A stretch of 64,000 bases of DNA from the human T2T-CHM13v2.0 reference genome, Homo sapiens. A program made the translations under genes and the position numbers. This document shows positions 17,862 through 34,519 of the stretch, piece after piece. The notes beneath the pieces were generated by a model, which saw only the letters and a program-made list of their open reading frames with translations, searched no databases and was not told the origin of the DNA. The stretch is from assembly GCF_009914755.1 (NCBI RefSeq), contig NC_060941.1; one strand, given 5' to 3'. Position 1 is the stretch's first letter, and every line of letters begins with the position of its first letter.

Positions 17862-20236
17862 AGAGAGAGTGTGTGTGTATGTGTGTGTGTGTGTGGTGTG
17901 TGATGTGTGTGTGGTGTGTGGTGTGTGATGTGTGTGGTGTTTATGTGTATGTAGTATGTGTGTATGTGGTGTGTGTGGTGTGTGGTATGCATGTGGTGTG
18001 GTGTATATGTGTGTGTGGTGTGTATGTGTGTGTGAGATCTGTGTGTATTGTGTGTGTGGTGTGTATATGCGTGTGGTGTGTGTGGTGTGTGGTACATGGG
18101 TGGTTGTGGGTATATATGTGTATGGTGTGTGTGTAGTGTGTATGTGTGTGGTGCGTGTGGAATATGTGTGGCATGTGTGGTGTGGGGTGTGTGTGTGGTG
18201 TCTGTGTGTATGTGTATGTGTGTGTGGTGTGTGTGGTGAGTGTGTGTGTGATGTATCTATGGTGTGTATGGTGAGTATGTGTGTGGTGTGTGTGGTGTTT
18301 GTGTATGTGTGTGATGTGTTTGGAGTGTGTGTGTGGTGTTTGCGTGTGTCTGTGATGTATATGTGGTGTGTGCGTGATGTGTGTGTGGTGTGTATGTGTG
18401 TATGTGTATGGTCTGTGTGGTGTTTGTGTGTGTATATGTGTGTGATGTGTGTGTGGTGTGTGTCTGTGATGTGTGTGGTGTGTGTGTGGTGTGTGTGGTG
18501 TATGTGTGTGTGTATGTGTGGTGTGTGTGGTGTGTATGTGTGTGATGTTTGTGTAGTGTGTGATGTGTATATGTGTGTGTGTGGTGTGTGGTATGTGGGT
18601 GGTTGTGGGTATATATGTGTATGGTGTGCGTGTAGTGTGTATGTGTGTGATGTGTTGTATGTGTGTGGCGTGTGTGATGTGGGGTGTGTGTATGGTGTGT
18701 GGATGTGTGTGTGGTGTATGTGGTATCTGTGGTGTGTGTGTGTTGTGTGTGTGGTGTGTGGTGTTTGTATATGTGGTGTGTGTGTGGGGTGTGGTGTGTG
18801 TGTGGTATGTGTATGTGTATGTGGCGTGTGAGGTGTGTGGGGTTGTGTGTGGTGTGTGATGTGGGGTGTGTGTATGTCTGATGTGTGTGTGTGGTGTGGG
18901 TGTAGTGTATGTGTGGTGTGTGTATGGTGTGTGTGGAGTATGTGTGCATGTGTGTGTGGTGTGTGTATGTGTGTGTGGTGTGGGGGGTTGTGTGTGGTGT
19001 GTATGTGCGCATGTGTGCGTGGTGTGTGTGTGATGTGTGTGGTGTGTGGTGTATGTGGTGTGTGTGATGTGTGTGGTGTGTGTGATGTGTGTGGTGGGTA
19101 TGTGTGTGATGTGTGTGTGGTGTGTGGGGTGGGGTGTGTGTGGTGTTTGTGCATGTGTGTGGTGTGTGTGGTGAGTGTGTGTGATGTATATGTGATGTAT
19201 GTGTGGTGTGTGTGTGGTGTTTGTGTATGTGTGTGATATGTGTGGTGTGTGTGGTGTTTGTGTGTATATGTGTATGGTGAGTGTGTGTGTGATGTATGTG
19301 TGGTGTGTGTGTATGTGTGTGATGTGTGTGGTGTGTGTGTGGTATTTGTGTGTGTGATGTGTGTGGTGTGTGTGGTGTTTGTATGTATGTACGTGTGTGG
19401 TGTGTGTGGTGCTTGTGTGTGTATGTGTGTGATGTGTGTGTGGTGTGTGGTGTTTGTGTGTGTATGTGTGTGATGATTGTGTGGTGTGTGTGTACGTGTG
19501 TGGTGTGTGTGGTGTTTGTGTGTGATGTGTGTGTGGTGTGTGTGGTGTTTGTGTATGTGTGATGTGTGCAATGTGTGGTGTTTGTGTGTGTACGTGTGTG
19601 CTGTGTGTGGTGTTTCTGTGTGGATGTGTGTGATGTGTGTGGGGTGTGTGGTGTTTGTGTGTGCACGTGTGTGGTGTGTGTGGTGTTTGTGTGTGTGTGA
19701 TGTGTGTGGTGTGTGGTGTTTGTGTGTGTGTACGTGTGTGCTGTGTGTGGTGTGTGTGGTGTTTCTGTGTGTGTATGTGTGTGATGTGTGTGGGGTGTTT
19801 GTGTGTATGTGTGTGATGTGTGTGTGGTGTGTGTGGTGTTTGTGTGTGTGTGATGTGTGTGGTGTGTGGTGTTTGTGTGTGTGTGTGATGTGTGTGGGGT
19901 GTGTGTGGTGTTTGTGTGTGTGTATGTGTGTGTGGTTGTGTGTGGTGTTTGTGTGTATGTGTGTGATGTGTGAGTGGTGTGTGTGGTGTTTGTGTGTGTG
20001 TGTGATGTGTGTGGTGTGTGGTGTTTGTGTGTGTGTACGTGTGTGCTGTGTGTGGTGTGTGTGTGGTGTTTCTGTGTGTGTATGTGTGTGATGTGTGTGG
20101 GGTGTGTGTGGTGTTTGTGTGTGTACGTGTGTGGTGTGTGTGTGGTGTTTGTGTGTATGTGTGTGATGTGTGTGTGGTGTGTGTGGTGTTTGTGTGTGTG
20201 TATGTGTGTGTGTGGTTGTGTGTGGTGTTTGTGTGT
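17862..20236. repeat. ~2.4 kb complex (TG)n/(TGTGG)n low-complexity array
   Basis: Nearly pure T/G sequence with recurring subunits such as tgtggtgtttgtgtg and tgtgatgtgtg. Confidence 0.97.
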
Positions 20237-20818
20237 ATGTGTGTGCTGTGTGTGTGGTCAGTAAGGTTCTGCATGGTCTTTTCACCGCCCCCGCAGCAGG
20301 GCATCCGCCACGTCAACGCTGGAGCCAAAGCCCCCACCCAGGTTACAGGTGTAGCCACCGCTGTAGCCTCCCCCAAGTCCCACCAAGAAGCAGGAGGAGG
20401 TGACCGACATGTTGCCACAGCTGCTGACTCCCAGGAGGCTGGCGAAAGGCACCCCCAACACTGACAGATGACATCCAGGAGAAACCCCCGCCAGGTGTCC
20501 ACAGGCCCTTGACAGAGCCAGAGGTGGAGAACTGGCAGATGCTGGTAGTGGTGACAACCAGGGTGTCCATGGGTCGGGTGAAGAGTCTGGTCTGGATGGA
20601 GACCCTGGGTAGCCCGTTACAGCCGGGCTGAAGTGGGGCTGGGACCCTGGCCCTTGAAGTTCAGGCCAAAACCCCAGGAGTGTATTTTGCCTCCTCCCAC
20701 CCACCCAGGGCCTGGGGCTCAGGCTGGACATATTGAGAGCCTCCCCAAGGACCCCTCCATAGCAAGAGCCCAGCCTGAGCACCAGGGCCTCAGCGGTCTG
20801 TTCAGACACAAAGGTGGT

Positions 20819-21119
<301 letters not shown>

Positions 21120-23827
21120 CAAAGGTGGTGCTGGTCTGTAGCCCTGGGGTAGGGTGACCCTCCATCCTCAGCCACAGTTAGGAGGCTGAGCTTATTCTTG
21201 TGGGGAGCCCGGAGAACCCAGCCCTGGGAGCCAGCACGGGCACAGGACAAGGCTGCACAGGCCAGGAGCCGGAGGCTGGCCTGGCCCCTCACCCAGCATT
21301 CCAGGGCCCTGGGGTAAGGGTGGAGAGATCGGGGCCTGACATCATTGCCCAGGTACAACGTGGCCCTGGTGGAGACTCCCAGTCAGAGGAGGCAGAATTA
21401 GCCTCTGACCTGTGGGAGCCCCACTCTCTTGGGATTCTTCCAAGTCCGCGGGGAGATACAGCCCACAGGTTCAAGGATCCCTGTGTCTGAGGGAAATAGA
21501 CGTGGCCGCTGAACTGAGGGAGCTTTGGATCCAAGCCTTTCAGGAAGTCAGTTCTAGAGCCTCCGTTCCCTCGTTTGTAAAAGGGGGACCAAGTCTTGTC
21601 TCCCAAAGTCTTTGAGGGAATCTGGAGAGATAATGACGTCAGTAAGGCTCTAACAAAACAGGAAGCAGAGGTGGGGCTGGGAGCAGGGGTCTGAGGCCAA
21701 AGGGTTAGGGCAGCCTCCCTCCTCACCCGAACCTGAGCAATGTCAGTCCAGAGCAGTCCCGGAGGAGGGGAGGGCAGCCCAGGAAGGCCACAGAGGAGCA
21801 GGATCTGTGCAGGAGCCAGCGTCATGCCCCGAGGAACGGCCCCTGCAAAAGAGCAGCATGATCCGCAGGCTGGCGGCTGGCACCGCTCCACCCAACAAGG
21901 AGATTAGTATCCTAATCTCCGCGGCACTAATGATTTAGGTGCTGCCAGGACACCGGCGTCTGCACCAGGCCTGTCTGAATGTGGAGCTTCCCAGGGCAGC
22001 CAGGGCCCGCGGAACAGGAGAGGGGAGAGAAGTGCATGGGTGGCCTGGGCTCTCTGCCCGCATACGGGGACAGGGAGGGAGTTGGGTTTTCCATGTGGCC
22101 CAGAGCTCCCAGATGAGACCACACTGCTGGAAAGACTTCCTGCTCAGATAGTGGGTGGTCTCTCACGGAAAGTGCCAGCTGGGGACTGTGCCAGCTGGGA
22201 ATGGCAGGAGCTATCTGGAAGAGAGCGGTTGAGCCCTGATTTTACTGCTCCCGCCCAGCCTGTGAAGGTGCTGGGCGGGGATGGGGGGAGGTTCAAAACC
22301 AAGGCTAGAGAGCAAGGTCAGACCACCATGAGCACGAGGTTAGACATCTGGAAGGACTTCCTGGCAATCCAGGACTGTCTTCGGGGAGGAGAGAGACCCA
22401 GTAAAACCCGTGCTCACCTGAGCCGCCAGAGTCAAGACTGCACCAGCAGGCACTCACACACGAAGAGACACGAAACCAAGACCCTCCCCATCCCCATCCT
22501 CTCCTAACAACCCCTCCCTTCCCAGGCCCCATCCTCCCCTAGGCCAGCTGGGCTACCCAGGTGGGCCTCACTCTGGGCTCACAAAAGGGACTGCCCCGCC
22601 TTCCAGCAGCAAATGTGGGGCAAAGCCAGGGCCCTAGGGAGGGGGCCAGGTCGTGGGGTGCCACCACCCCTCTGCCTCCCCCTAGAGCCCACACCGCCAG
22701 TGCTCACCCTGCCTGGGAACCCCACTTCCAGAGTACCCAGACCTTAGTCTTGAGGCCCAATTTGAAGGAGCAGAGAGTTTATTACTCTTCTTTCTGCCTC
22801 TAAAATCACCAAGGCCTCCAACCCCCAATACCACCATTTAGCCCCCACAAGCTTCCTCACCCCTGACAGGCTTTGGGCCGCGAGCCTGCTCCTCTTCCTC
22901 TCTGGGCCTCAGTTTCCCCACGCCACTGACCCCCCCCCCAGGCCCCTTTGCTACTGCTCGTTAGAGGCTCTACTGCCTGTGAATCCCCCTCTAGCCCCCA
23001 ACCCAGAGAAGCCTCACATGCTGAGGACAGGCCGGGCCAGCTGGGCCAGCCGGGCAGGAGGGCACAGCTCAGATCTCAGCAGAGATAGAAGTGGGACCCC
23101 AGGAAGGCCTCCCTGGCCCTCCAGAGCGTGGGGCCACTCCCTGGCCAGGGCTAGGAAAATGCAAACATTCCTCCTGAGACCCTCACAACAGTGCCTTGAG
23201 GACACCAAGACACAGGGTGCTTGAGCAGCGGGCAGTCGGGCAACCCAATGTTGGCATCAGAGCCGGGCCTGAAGCCAGGGCCTCGGCAGCTCCCACTCTC
23301 CCAGCCAGGGAGGAAGGCTTGACAGGGGCCGGCTGGAGGGCCACACAGAGGTCCTCTGGGCTGTGGCACATCCTGTCTGGGCCTGTCCTCCACCCCCAGC
23401 AGGGAGAGATCCCTGGCACCCGCAAGGGGCAGCCCAGGCCTGCAGCCCCGGCAGCGGCAGCAGCTTGGCCCCCATGGAAGACAAAGGGGTAAAGAAGGAG
23501 AGGTCCAATGGCTCTTCCAGCCCCAGAGGCTGCTGGAGCCCAGCGCAGGTGGGAGAGGGGGAGGCCCAGGGAGGTGGCTGGGAGAACTTGAAGCTTCCCC
23601 CAGTGCCCTGGGTGCCAGCCCCACCTTGACTCCCCCTCAGTCTCCTCTGCAGAGAGTGCAGAAAAGCCAGCATGCTGGAGAGCGCAGCACAGACAGGACC
23701 TGCCTGGAATTTGAGCAGAGCTAGGGTTTGGGGACAGTGTCCCCTAATATCACCCCTACTATGTTGTGGGGAGGCAGAGGGCGTAGAATGATCTGGGGCC
23801 CTATGGAAAGGAGATGTTCAATAGATG

Positions 23828-23977
<150 letters not shown>

Positions 23978-24003
23978 TGATATTGACAAGGTTGACAAGG
24001 TCT

Positions 24004-24313
<310 letters not shown>

Positions 24314-26084
24314 TCATGCCCCGTCTGCCCAGCTGGCCTTGGCTCCTACGAGCCCCCGCAAGCATTAACTGTCAACCCTTAGGATGGTGCCCACCCCATA
24401 CCCCACACCCCTGCCCAGAACCAGCGCGGGCTGTATGCAGCAGGTGCTCTGTGAGTGCTTGCTGAATTGTTAGGGTCATGGAGCCTGAGCAGTGACTGGG
24501 GAGGAGACAAGGTCCCAGGAAAGGGACATGGCCACCTACCCTTCCCCTCAAGGAAAAGGGTCAGTATCAGGTGGTCAGGGAAAGTGAGAGGCCCTGGAGC
24601 CCAGAACGGGCTCCCAGCTGAGACCTTGGCTTCGCTGATGAGGAGAGAACCCCAGAGACCCTCATTCCACCCCTAGTCCCCTGTCACTAAGACCCACTGG
24701 GGTCCTTTCCATTCACCCCTCAGACACAGAGCCCCTGTCACCTGCAGGGCCCTTGGAGGTCACAGATCTCCTGCCCCTCGCTCACCCCCAGGCACTCCCA
24801 CCCCTGGCCCAGCATCGCCTGAGAAGTGCACCCTCACCCAGCCACACCTGCCGCCTCCACAGGTGGAATCCTGCTTCCTCTATTCTGTTTCCTGCCTCTA
24901 TCCTGAGGCCCCAGGCGGCCCCACCCAGATCCTCCCACCCTCCACCTTCCCAGGGCCCTGGGAGATTCGGAACATTGCTGGGTGCCCTGAGCCTCTGCCC
25001 CAGTTTGAAGAGACAGAGGTAAGGGGATCCCCCAGCACCCCCTGTATACCCAGGGCTTGGCCAGGGGCTCCCCTACCCAGGGGTAAGTGGACCCAGCCTT
25101 TCTTCCCCTCTGCACCCCTCACTCACCTCTGACTGGTTTCCAGGAACTGTCAGCCTGTGGCGGATCCAAGACGTAGGATACGGACACCCAGGAACACCCC
25201 ACCCTTCCAGGCAGCACATCAGCTGTCCAGGGGCCCTTCCCAAAAGAGGGCCTAGAGGACTGAATGCCTCGGATGAGGCCCAGGGCGGGAGGACAGAGCA
25301 AGGGAGGGAGGGAGGGAAGGCTGGGGACCAGTGGGAATGAGTGGGGAGGACATCACGGACAGGAAACCCAGGCCTCGGGGGTCACCCGTGGGACACCTCA
25401 CTGCCTCTCACAGGGTGAAGACTCCTGTGAGAGGAGTCTTGACCAGACGGCTTCGTCCCTCTGTCCTTCCCTCTGTCTTTCCCTCCCTCTGCCCTTCCCT
25501 CCCTCTTTTTCCTCCCTCTTTTCACTTCCCCCACCGCTTCCTTGGCCTGAGAGATGCATAGGGGTGAGTGAGAGGCAGAAACTCCAGTGGGTTCCCCTTT
25601 CAGGCTCACACCCCCTCTCCACTCTGCCCTGCAGCCTGGCTGAGGGCAACCTGAGGGCCTGGGGAAATGGGAGTCAGAGACACCAAGGGGACTCCAGGCT
25701 CCTTCCCACCCTGCAGACCCCAAACCCCCAGCTGCACCTCCCTCCCCGACCCAGCTACCAGCTCGCTCCTCCCTCCCTGCGCCCTGGGGAGGCTGGTTTC
25801 TCCCTGTTGATGAGCGCTCATTCGCGCCTGCTCTGCAATGCTCTTGAGTGGCTTTCTCCAGGGGCAGATGAGGCCAGGCTCCCCAAAACAGAGACTGTGT
25901 CTCTTCCCTTAAATTGGACACTTCCTCAAGGTAGCAGCCATGTCTCCCCCTCAGACTGGGGGCTCCCTTGACATAGGAGCTCTTTCTCCCTGATGTGAAG
26001 GGGGTCTCTCAACTCCTTGTCCTGGTGTTGACCACCCAGCCCACCACAGTGTGACACACCTGACTGACCAACAAGGGAGGAGAA

Positions 26085-26350
26085 GCAGGGCAGGGAGCAC
26101 TGAGGGAGGAGGACCAGGGCAGGGAGGACTGCTGGAGGAGGAAGAGGGGACGGAGGACTAGGTAGGTAAGACCAGCGGAAGGAGGACCAGGGGAAGGGCA
26201 TGAGGAGAGGGAGGACTAGGGTAGGAAGACCAGGGGAAAGAGGACCAGGGGAGGAGGACTGGGGGAGGGAGGACCAGCAGAGGAAGGGCTATGGGAGAAG
26301 AACCAAGGGAGAGAGGACTAGGGGAGGGAGGACCAGGGAACGAGGACCAG
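26085..26350. repeat. GA-rich degenerate tandem repeat (ggaggaccaggg-like)
   Basis: Repeated gaggacca/gaggacta units on a purine-rich strand. Confidence 0.8.
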
Positions 26351-26841
26351 AGCAAGCCATCATCTATCCTTTCCAAGGGCAAAACAGGAGAACAGGGCAG
26401 GAGCATTCCTTTGCAGAGGCCTGGGCTCCATGGAGTGTTCTGCCTGAGCCCCAGCCCGCCATACAGGCCTGCTTCCTCCATCCAGGAAGCTGAGCTGCCC
26501 TCCAGCCAGCCAGGAGCAAGCTCCCTCCACTAAACTCCTGCAGCACTGTGGTCCCTGCCATCTCTGCCTCAGAACCCAGGGTCCCTGGGAGCCTTGTTAT
26601 TGAGTGTTTCTGGTTGACGCACTTTTTTCAGCAAAGTTTCATGGAGAGGGACCAGAGTTTCTAATCTTCACAACCACAGGGTCAGGCATTGTGTTAGCTA
26701 TGATCACACTCTATGATGTCATGCAAAGAGCTCCAAGTCCGAGAACCTGGGGTCAAATCTGGACTCTTGCCCAACTTGGGCAAGTCATTTTTCTTCTTTT
26801 AGGCTCAAACCCTCCTCCTCTGCAGAATGAAAGGACTAGAC

Positions 26842-27217
<376 letters not shown>

Positions 27218-27298
27218 TAGTGATTCAATAAAGCTTCGGTGACTCCAAAAGCTGGCTGGGCAAAGCCTCCCTGCCATGAGAAGTCATCCTGCCCTGCC

Positions 27299-28037
27299 TG
27301 TGGTAGGCAGAATAATAAACCCCAAATATGCTGGGTGCGATGGCTCAAGCCTGTAATCTCAGCACTTTGGGAGGCCGAGGTGGGCAGATCACGAGGTCAG
27401 GAGATGGAGACCATCCTGGCTAACACAGTGAAACCCTGTCTCTACTAAAAACACAAAAAATTAGCCGGGCGTGGTGGCGGGTGCCTGTGGTCCCAGCTAC
27501 TGGGGAGGCTGAGGCAGGACAATGGTGTGAACCTGGGAGGCGGAGCTTGCAGTAAACCAAGATCGATCGCGCCACTGCACTCCAGCCTGGGCGACAGAGC
27601 GAGACTCCGTCTCAAAAAATAAAAGCTAAAAAATAATAAACCCCAAATATGTCCATATCTGAATCCCCAGAACCTGGAAATATGCACCTTATAGGGCAAA
27701 AAGGACTTTGCGGATGTGAGGCTGTGGTTCACAAGGGATCTTAACAGGAAGGAGACAGGAGTCAATGCCCGAGAAGGAGACATAACCAGAGAAGCAGAGG
27801 TCAGACTGACGCGCGGCCCTGAGCCAAGGAGTGCGGCAGCCTCCAGAAGCCGAAAAAGGCAAGGAACAAGTCTCTCCTGGAGCCTGCAGAAGGAACACAG
27901 CCCTGCTGACACCTCAGTCTTAGCACCCTAAGACCCATGTTGGACCTCTGGCTTCAGAATTGTAAGAGGATAAATGTGTGTTGCTTTAATCCCCCAAGTT
28001 TTTGATAATTTGTTACAGCAGTAATGGAAAATGAACG
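27299..28037 (+). mobile_element. MaLR (MLT1-like) LTR interrupted by an Alu at ~27330-27632
   Basis: tgtggtaggcagaataat start and tttgttacagcag end typical of MLT1; Alu TSD aataataaaccccaaatat. Confidence 0.75.
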
Positions 28038-28080
28038 CACTCCCCTAGCTCATTCTAGCACCAGAGGTGCTAGCCTCTCA

Positions 28081-28793
<713 letters not shown>

Positions 28794-30887
28794 TCATCTT
28801 TGGACCTACTACAAGGTCTGACTCAGTGCTTCGTACACAGTAGTTGCCCTATTGATGCTTGCTGAATGGACGCAGGCAGTAAGAGCCCAGAGTTGGATTT
28901 CATTCAGCACCTAATTGTTGGGTTCATTGTGTGCAGTCACAGAGCTGGGTGCTCAGAATTCAGTACTGAGTCAGCCAAGCCCTGCCCTTAGTGAGAGCAG
29001 GCCGTGAGTGAGACACACACAAAACAGTTCAGTGCAGCGCAATGTTACTCGTGCAGTGACAAAGGTATGTGTGTACAGGCACCTTGGGAGGCCCAGGGAG
29101 GGAGCAACTCATTCAGACCAGGCCTCGGAGGATAGTTTCACAGGGAGGGACAGCAAAGCTGGGTTTCGAAGCCAGGGCAGCACTTTGCCAGGCTGAGAAG
29201 ACAAGGTGGAAAATCGTCCAGGTAGACACGGGAATGCACCTGGTGTGTTTGGGGAACACCCAGAGACCCATAGCTGCATCAGCATTTCCAGGGGGATGCA
29301 GTAGGAGTGCTATGGAAAATGGATCTTGCAAAGAAACGCATTTCTTTATCTCCTGTTAGTTGAGCACCTACTCTGTGCCAGGTACTGTCTCAGTCTCTGG
29401 GAATAAACACCACAAACCACATTTTTGCTCTCGTGGAACAGACATTCTAGCAGGAGAAATGGGCAATCAACAAACCAGTGGATGGTCCATTCTCCAAGGA
29501 AATACAAAGGGGACTATGAGTGCTTCGAGAGGCTGGGGAAGGCCTCTCCCAGGTGACAGTTAAGGGGGGAACTGAACTATGTAAAGAGCCAGCCACGTGC
29601 AGGGAAGGACACTCCAGGCTGAGGTGACAGTTGGTCCAAGGGCCCTGAGGCTGGACCGAGGTATTCCGTTCTGGGGAACAGAAAGAAGAGCCTGTGTGGC
29701 TGGGGTGGAGTGGGCAAAGGAGAGAGTCAAGCCACATCAAGTCAGGAAGGGACAGGGCTGACCCTCAGAGCAGAGGTTCTCATCCCTGATGTATAGGGAG
29801 GTTCTCATCCCTGATGCACAGGGGCCTCTTAAGGCCCCTGTGGTGCTCTTAAGAGCAGAACTGAGAACCGTGATCCACAGCCCCATGGGCCTGGGAGCCT
29901 CATGTCTTCGACAGACAGTTTTTGTTTGCTTGTTGCACTGCAAACTTCTCAGAGCTTGGAACAAGCCAATGCACAGTGTGATGCTGTGTTTCCCAAATTC
30001 ATATGGACATGGAGCCACTTCCAGGAGAAGCAGGTGGAGCTAGGGTTCCTGGGACACCATTTTGGAAATCTCTGGGCCAATTCATAGGTCATACAAGTGG
30101 AAGAAATGACTGGGACAAAGGTTGAAAAGGAAGACCACCATGACAGGGTGCTGAAGAGTTTGGACTTTATCCTGTATTAATAGGGAGTCATCCAAGCATG
30201 GTTGTGTGCTGTTTTGTTCTTAATGTGTCTATTTATATAGATTTTAATCAAACAAAAGGGATATTATCGATATCTCCAATGCTTCGGTCTCCCAGTTAAT
30301 AATATCTCTTGGAAAGCCACCTCATTCTTTTTAATCCGTCATGACGATGAGCTATAATTTATCTACTTCGTCCCTGACAACAACCTCTCTGGTCTCCAAG
30401 GCTTTTTGCTTTTCCAAGCAATAGTGTCATAAACCTCCCTGGATGTAAAGCATGGTGAACTTTTGCAAATACATCTTCAGGGGAAAGTTTAGCAGTGGGA
30501 TGACTGGGTTAAAGGGTAAATCCTTTTATACTTCGAGAGCCACTGCCAAATTTTCTTCCAGAGTAAAATGAAATGATACTTGGAGTTTGCTTTAAAGTAT
30601 TCTTACTTCTTCCATAAAAACTGGCAGCGGGAGAGAGAAGAAATCAAAATGGCATCATGTTGACAATTATCAAAACCGGGTGATGGGCATATGGGAGCTC
30701 ATTTTGCTATTCTCTCTACTTTTGTGTACATCTGGAATTTTCCACAGTTAAAAAAAAAGTCACCTTGAAAAGTTCTACAAATTATCACTTGCCCTAATCA
30801 TGACTAAGAATATCTTTCCCCTTATACATCTACTAGCAATGACACCATCAAAGTTTGTTTGTTGTTGTTGTTTTCCTTTTTTTATCT

Positions 30888-31510
<623 letters not shown>

Positions 31511-31577
31511 TAGTTGAAACAGATCTCTCTGTTGCTTCAGTTTCCGTTTATTTAATTATGAGTAAAATTGAACTTCT

Positions 31578-31997
31578 GTTGTAGTTTGAATGTATCCCCC
31601 AAAGTTCATGTTTTGGAAACGTAATCTCCAATGCAATACTGTTGAGAGATGGGACCGTTAAGAGGAGATTAGGTCACAAAGGCAGAGATTAATGGCCTTA
31701 TAGATTAATGCCATTACCAGGGGAGTGGGTTAGTTATTGCAGTTATGGAGGGAGTGGGTTCCTGATAAAAGGATGAGTTTGGTCCCCTTCCTTCTCTGTC
31801 TCTCTCTCTCCCCCCACTCCCCTCTCTACCCTTCCACCTCCTGCCATGGGATGCTGCAGCATGAAGGCCCTCGCCAGATGCAGCCCCCTAACCCTGGACT
31901 TCCCAGCCTCCAGAATTCTCAGAAGTAAATCTCTCTACTCTGTTAAATCACCCAGTCTCAAGTGTTCAGTTAGAGCAGCACAGAACAGACAAAGACC
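31578..31997 (+). mobile_element. MaLR (MST-like) solo LTR
   Basis: tgttgtagtttgaatgtatcccccaaagttcatg...ggacttcccagcctccagaa...gcagcacagaacagac pattern. Confidence 0.7.
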
Positions 31998-32705
31998 ACA
32001 TCCTTCCCTATATTTCGTGGTTGCTTCTTGTTCTCCTTCTTGTTTCTTAGGAACTGGCTGTTCCTATCCTTTGCCTATTCTTGTCTGCAGTCTTGGCCTT
32101 CCTGGTTTGTGTGAGCTTTTCATAAACATGGGAAGAGGCCTTGGCACAGGTGTTGTGAATGCATTTTCCCAGTTACTTTTTCATTTTCCAACTTTGTTTT
32201 TCGGTCTTTCTCCATACAGACAATTCCCTCAGGCCACATTCCTTCCTTCTTTTTCCTGTGTCTGGGCATCGAGTAGTTTGAAGGAGCTCTCTTTTGTGGC
32301 AGTGTGAATGCTGGATAGAGCAGAACTGGCCTCAGGGCTGAAGTGGTGGCCTGGGAGAGAGTTGTGAGGTGAGGATGGGACACCATGGCCAACAGGGAGC
32401 CAGGCCTGAGCTGGGAACAGCAGGATGACTCTGCATTTTCTGAGCTGAGTAACTGGGTGGGTGATGATGTCACTGACTAGGATAGGGAAGCTAGGACAAG
32501 CGGAGTTCACGGAAACACAGCAATTCCCCTCTATGGGGCACGTCTCACCCTATGTGGTTACACCTGCTTGTATACCTGACTCCCCTTCTAGACATGGGAC
32601 AGGGACCCTGCCTCCTTCTCTCTGTCCCTGGAAATGGCCATAGCAAAGAGTGCCCAATAACTGCAGATATGAATAAATGAATGAACAAATTAATAAATGA
32701 ATGGC

Positions 32706-33755
<1,050 letters not shown>

Positions 33756-34501
33756 CAATGAGTAAATGGCTTGAGTGTGTGGTCCCTCTGTCCAGGTGGA
33801 GATGCTGGGAGGTGGAAGGCAGAATTCACAACCGAAGGGATTTTCTCCTCCCTAGTCGCCTCCCCCAGTAGTTGATGGCGGCTGCCACACCTCAAGCCAA
33901 GCAGGGGACCTGGCAGTGTTCACCCGCCAGCTGCGTGAACGCCCGTAACTCTTTACGGCAGAAGACCAAGGGTGCGTCTGGTCCTCAGAACTGCAGGATG
34001 CACCGGCAGCGATGGAGAAGCCTCCTTGGATGAGGCAGGGTGAGGAAGGAGACCAGACAAGCAAGTCCTCCTCCCAGAGGCAGGGACAGGAAGCAGGAGC
34101 AAGGGGCCACCAGGGAAGCTGCAGGGGCTAGAACCCAGGGAACTTTCTAGAAAGGCTAGCTGGCCCTAACAGACCCCTGGCCTGGAGTAAGACCTCCAGG
34201 GCAGGTTAGGCGGGCCAGTCACATCTCCGGGGGTGATTTAAAAGGCACCACCTTGGGACAAAAGGATGGAAGCATTGACCAGACAAATGCCTGACCCGGC
34301 AGCAGCAGAAAAGGATGCATGGAACCCTGTGGGGTTCCCACCTCATGAGGTCGTCTCTCCTCATTCTTGTGCTCGGTGGCTCCCAAGGGGCAGGCTCTAG
34401 TGCTCCCCATGGAGACCCCAGGCCCAGCCGCCTTCCAAGGCTCATGCCCTGTTAAACGGGGACACGCTCCGGCCGCCCGGGATCCCCAAATCTGTAGCAG
34501 G

Positions 34502-34519
34502 AGCGCCCTCTGCTGGCCA
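34502..34519 (-). promoter_or_regulatory. CTCF consensus motif
   Basis: Minus strand TGGCCAGCAGAGGGCGCT, in a CpG-rich patch. Confidence 0.75.

Larger units (their letters stand above)
11780..20570 (-). pseudogene. KRT42P: Keratin 42 pseudogene (unprocessed type I keratin pseudogene)
   Basis: Exon remnants: e1 ~20237-20570 ([17 protein letters not shown]..., [26 protein letters not shown]; frameshifted and truncated); e2 15997-16083 (87 nt, +4 insertion); e3 partial 15872-~15975; e4 14529-14690 (in-frame TGA at 14675-14673); e5 13808-13922 (115 vs 126 nt); e6 13340-13559 (220 vs 221 nt); e7 12243-12292 (LATQYSLSLASQPTREG, Krt42-type tail); e8 11989-12084 (...EQVHFSTH*); ATTAAA at 11801-11796. 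Confidence 0.92.

Noticed and set aside
17657-20502. Very long ORFs (811, 853 and 469 aa, and Cys/Val-rich + strand ORFs) as genes
   Set aside because: They are translations of the TG/CA low-complexity array, which lacks stop codons by composition.
29771-29873. Perfect 11-bp hairpin (29817-29842) and adjacent palindrome as a possible structured RNA
   Set aside because: Flanked by cagaggttctca / tgagaaccgtg, resembling hAT-type MITE termini, so most likely internal transposon symmetry.
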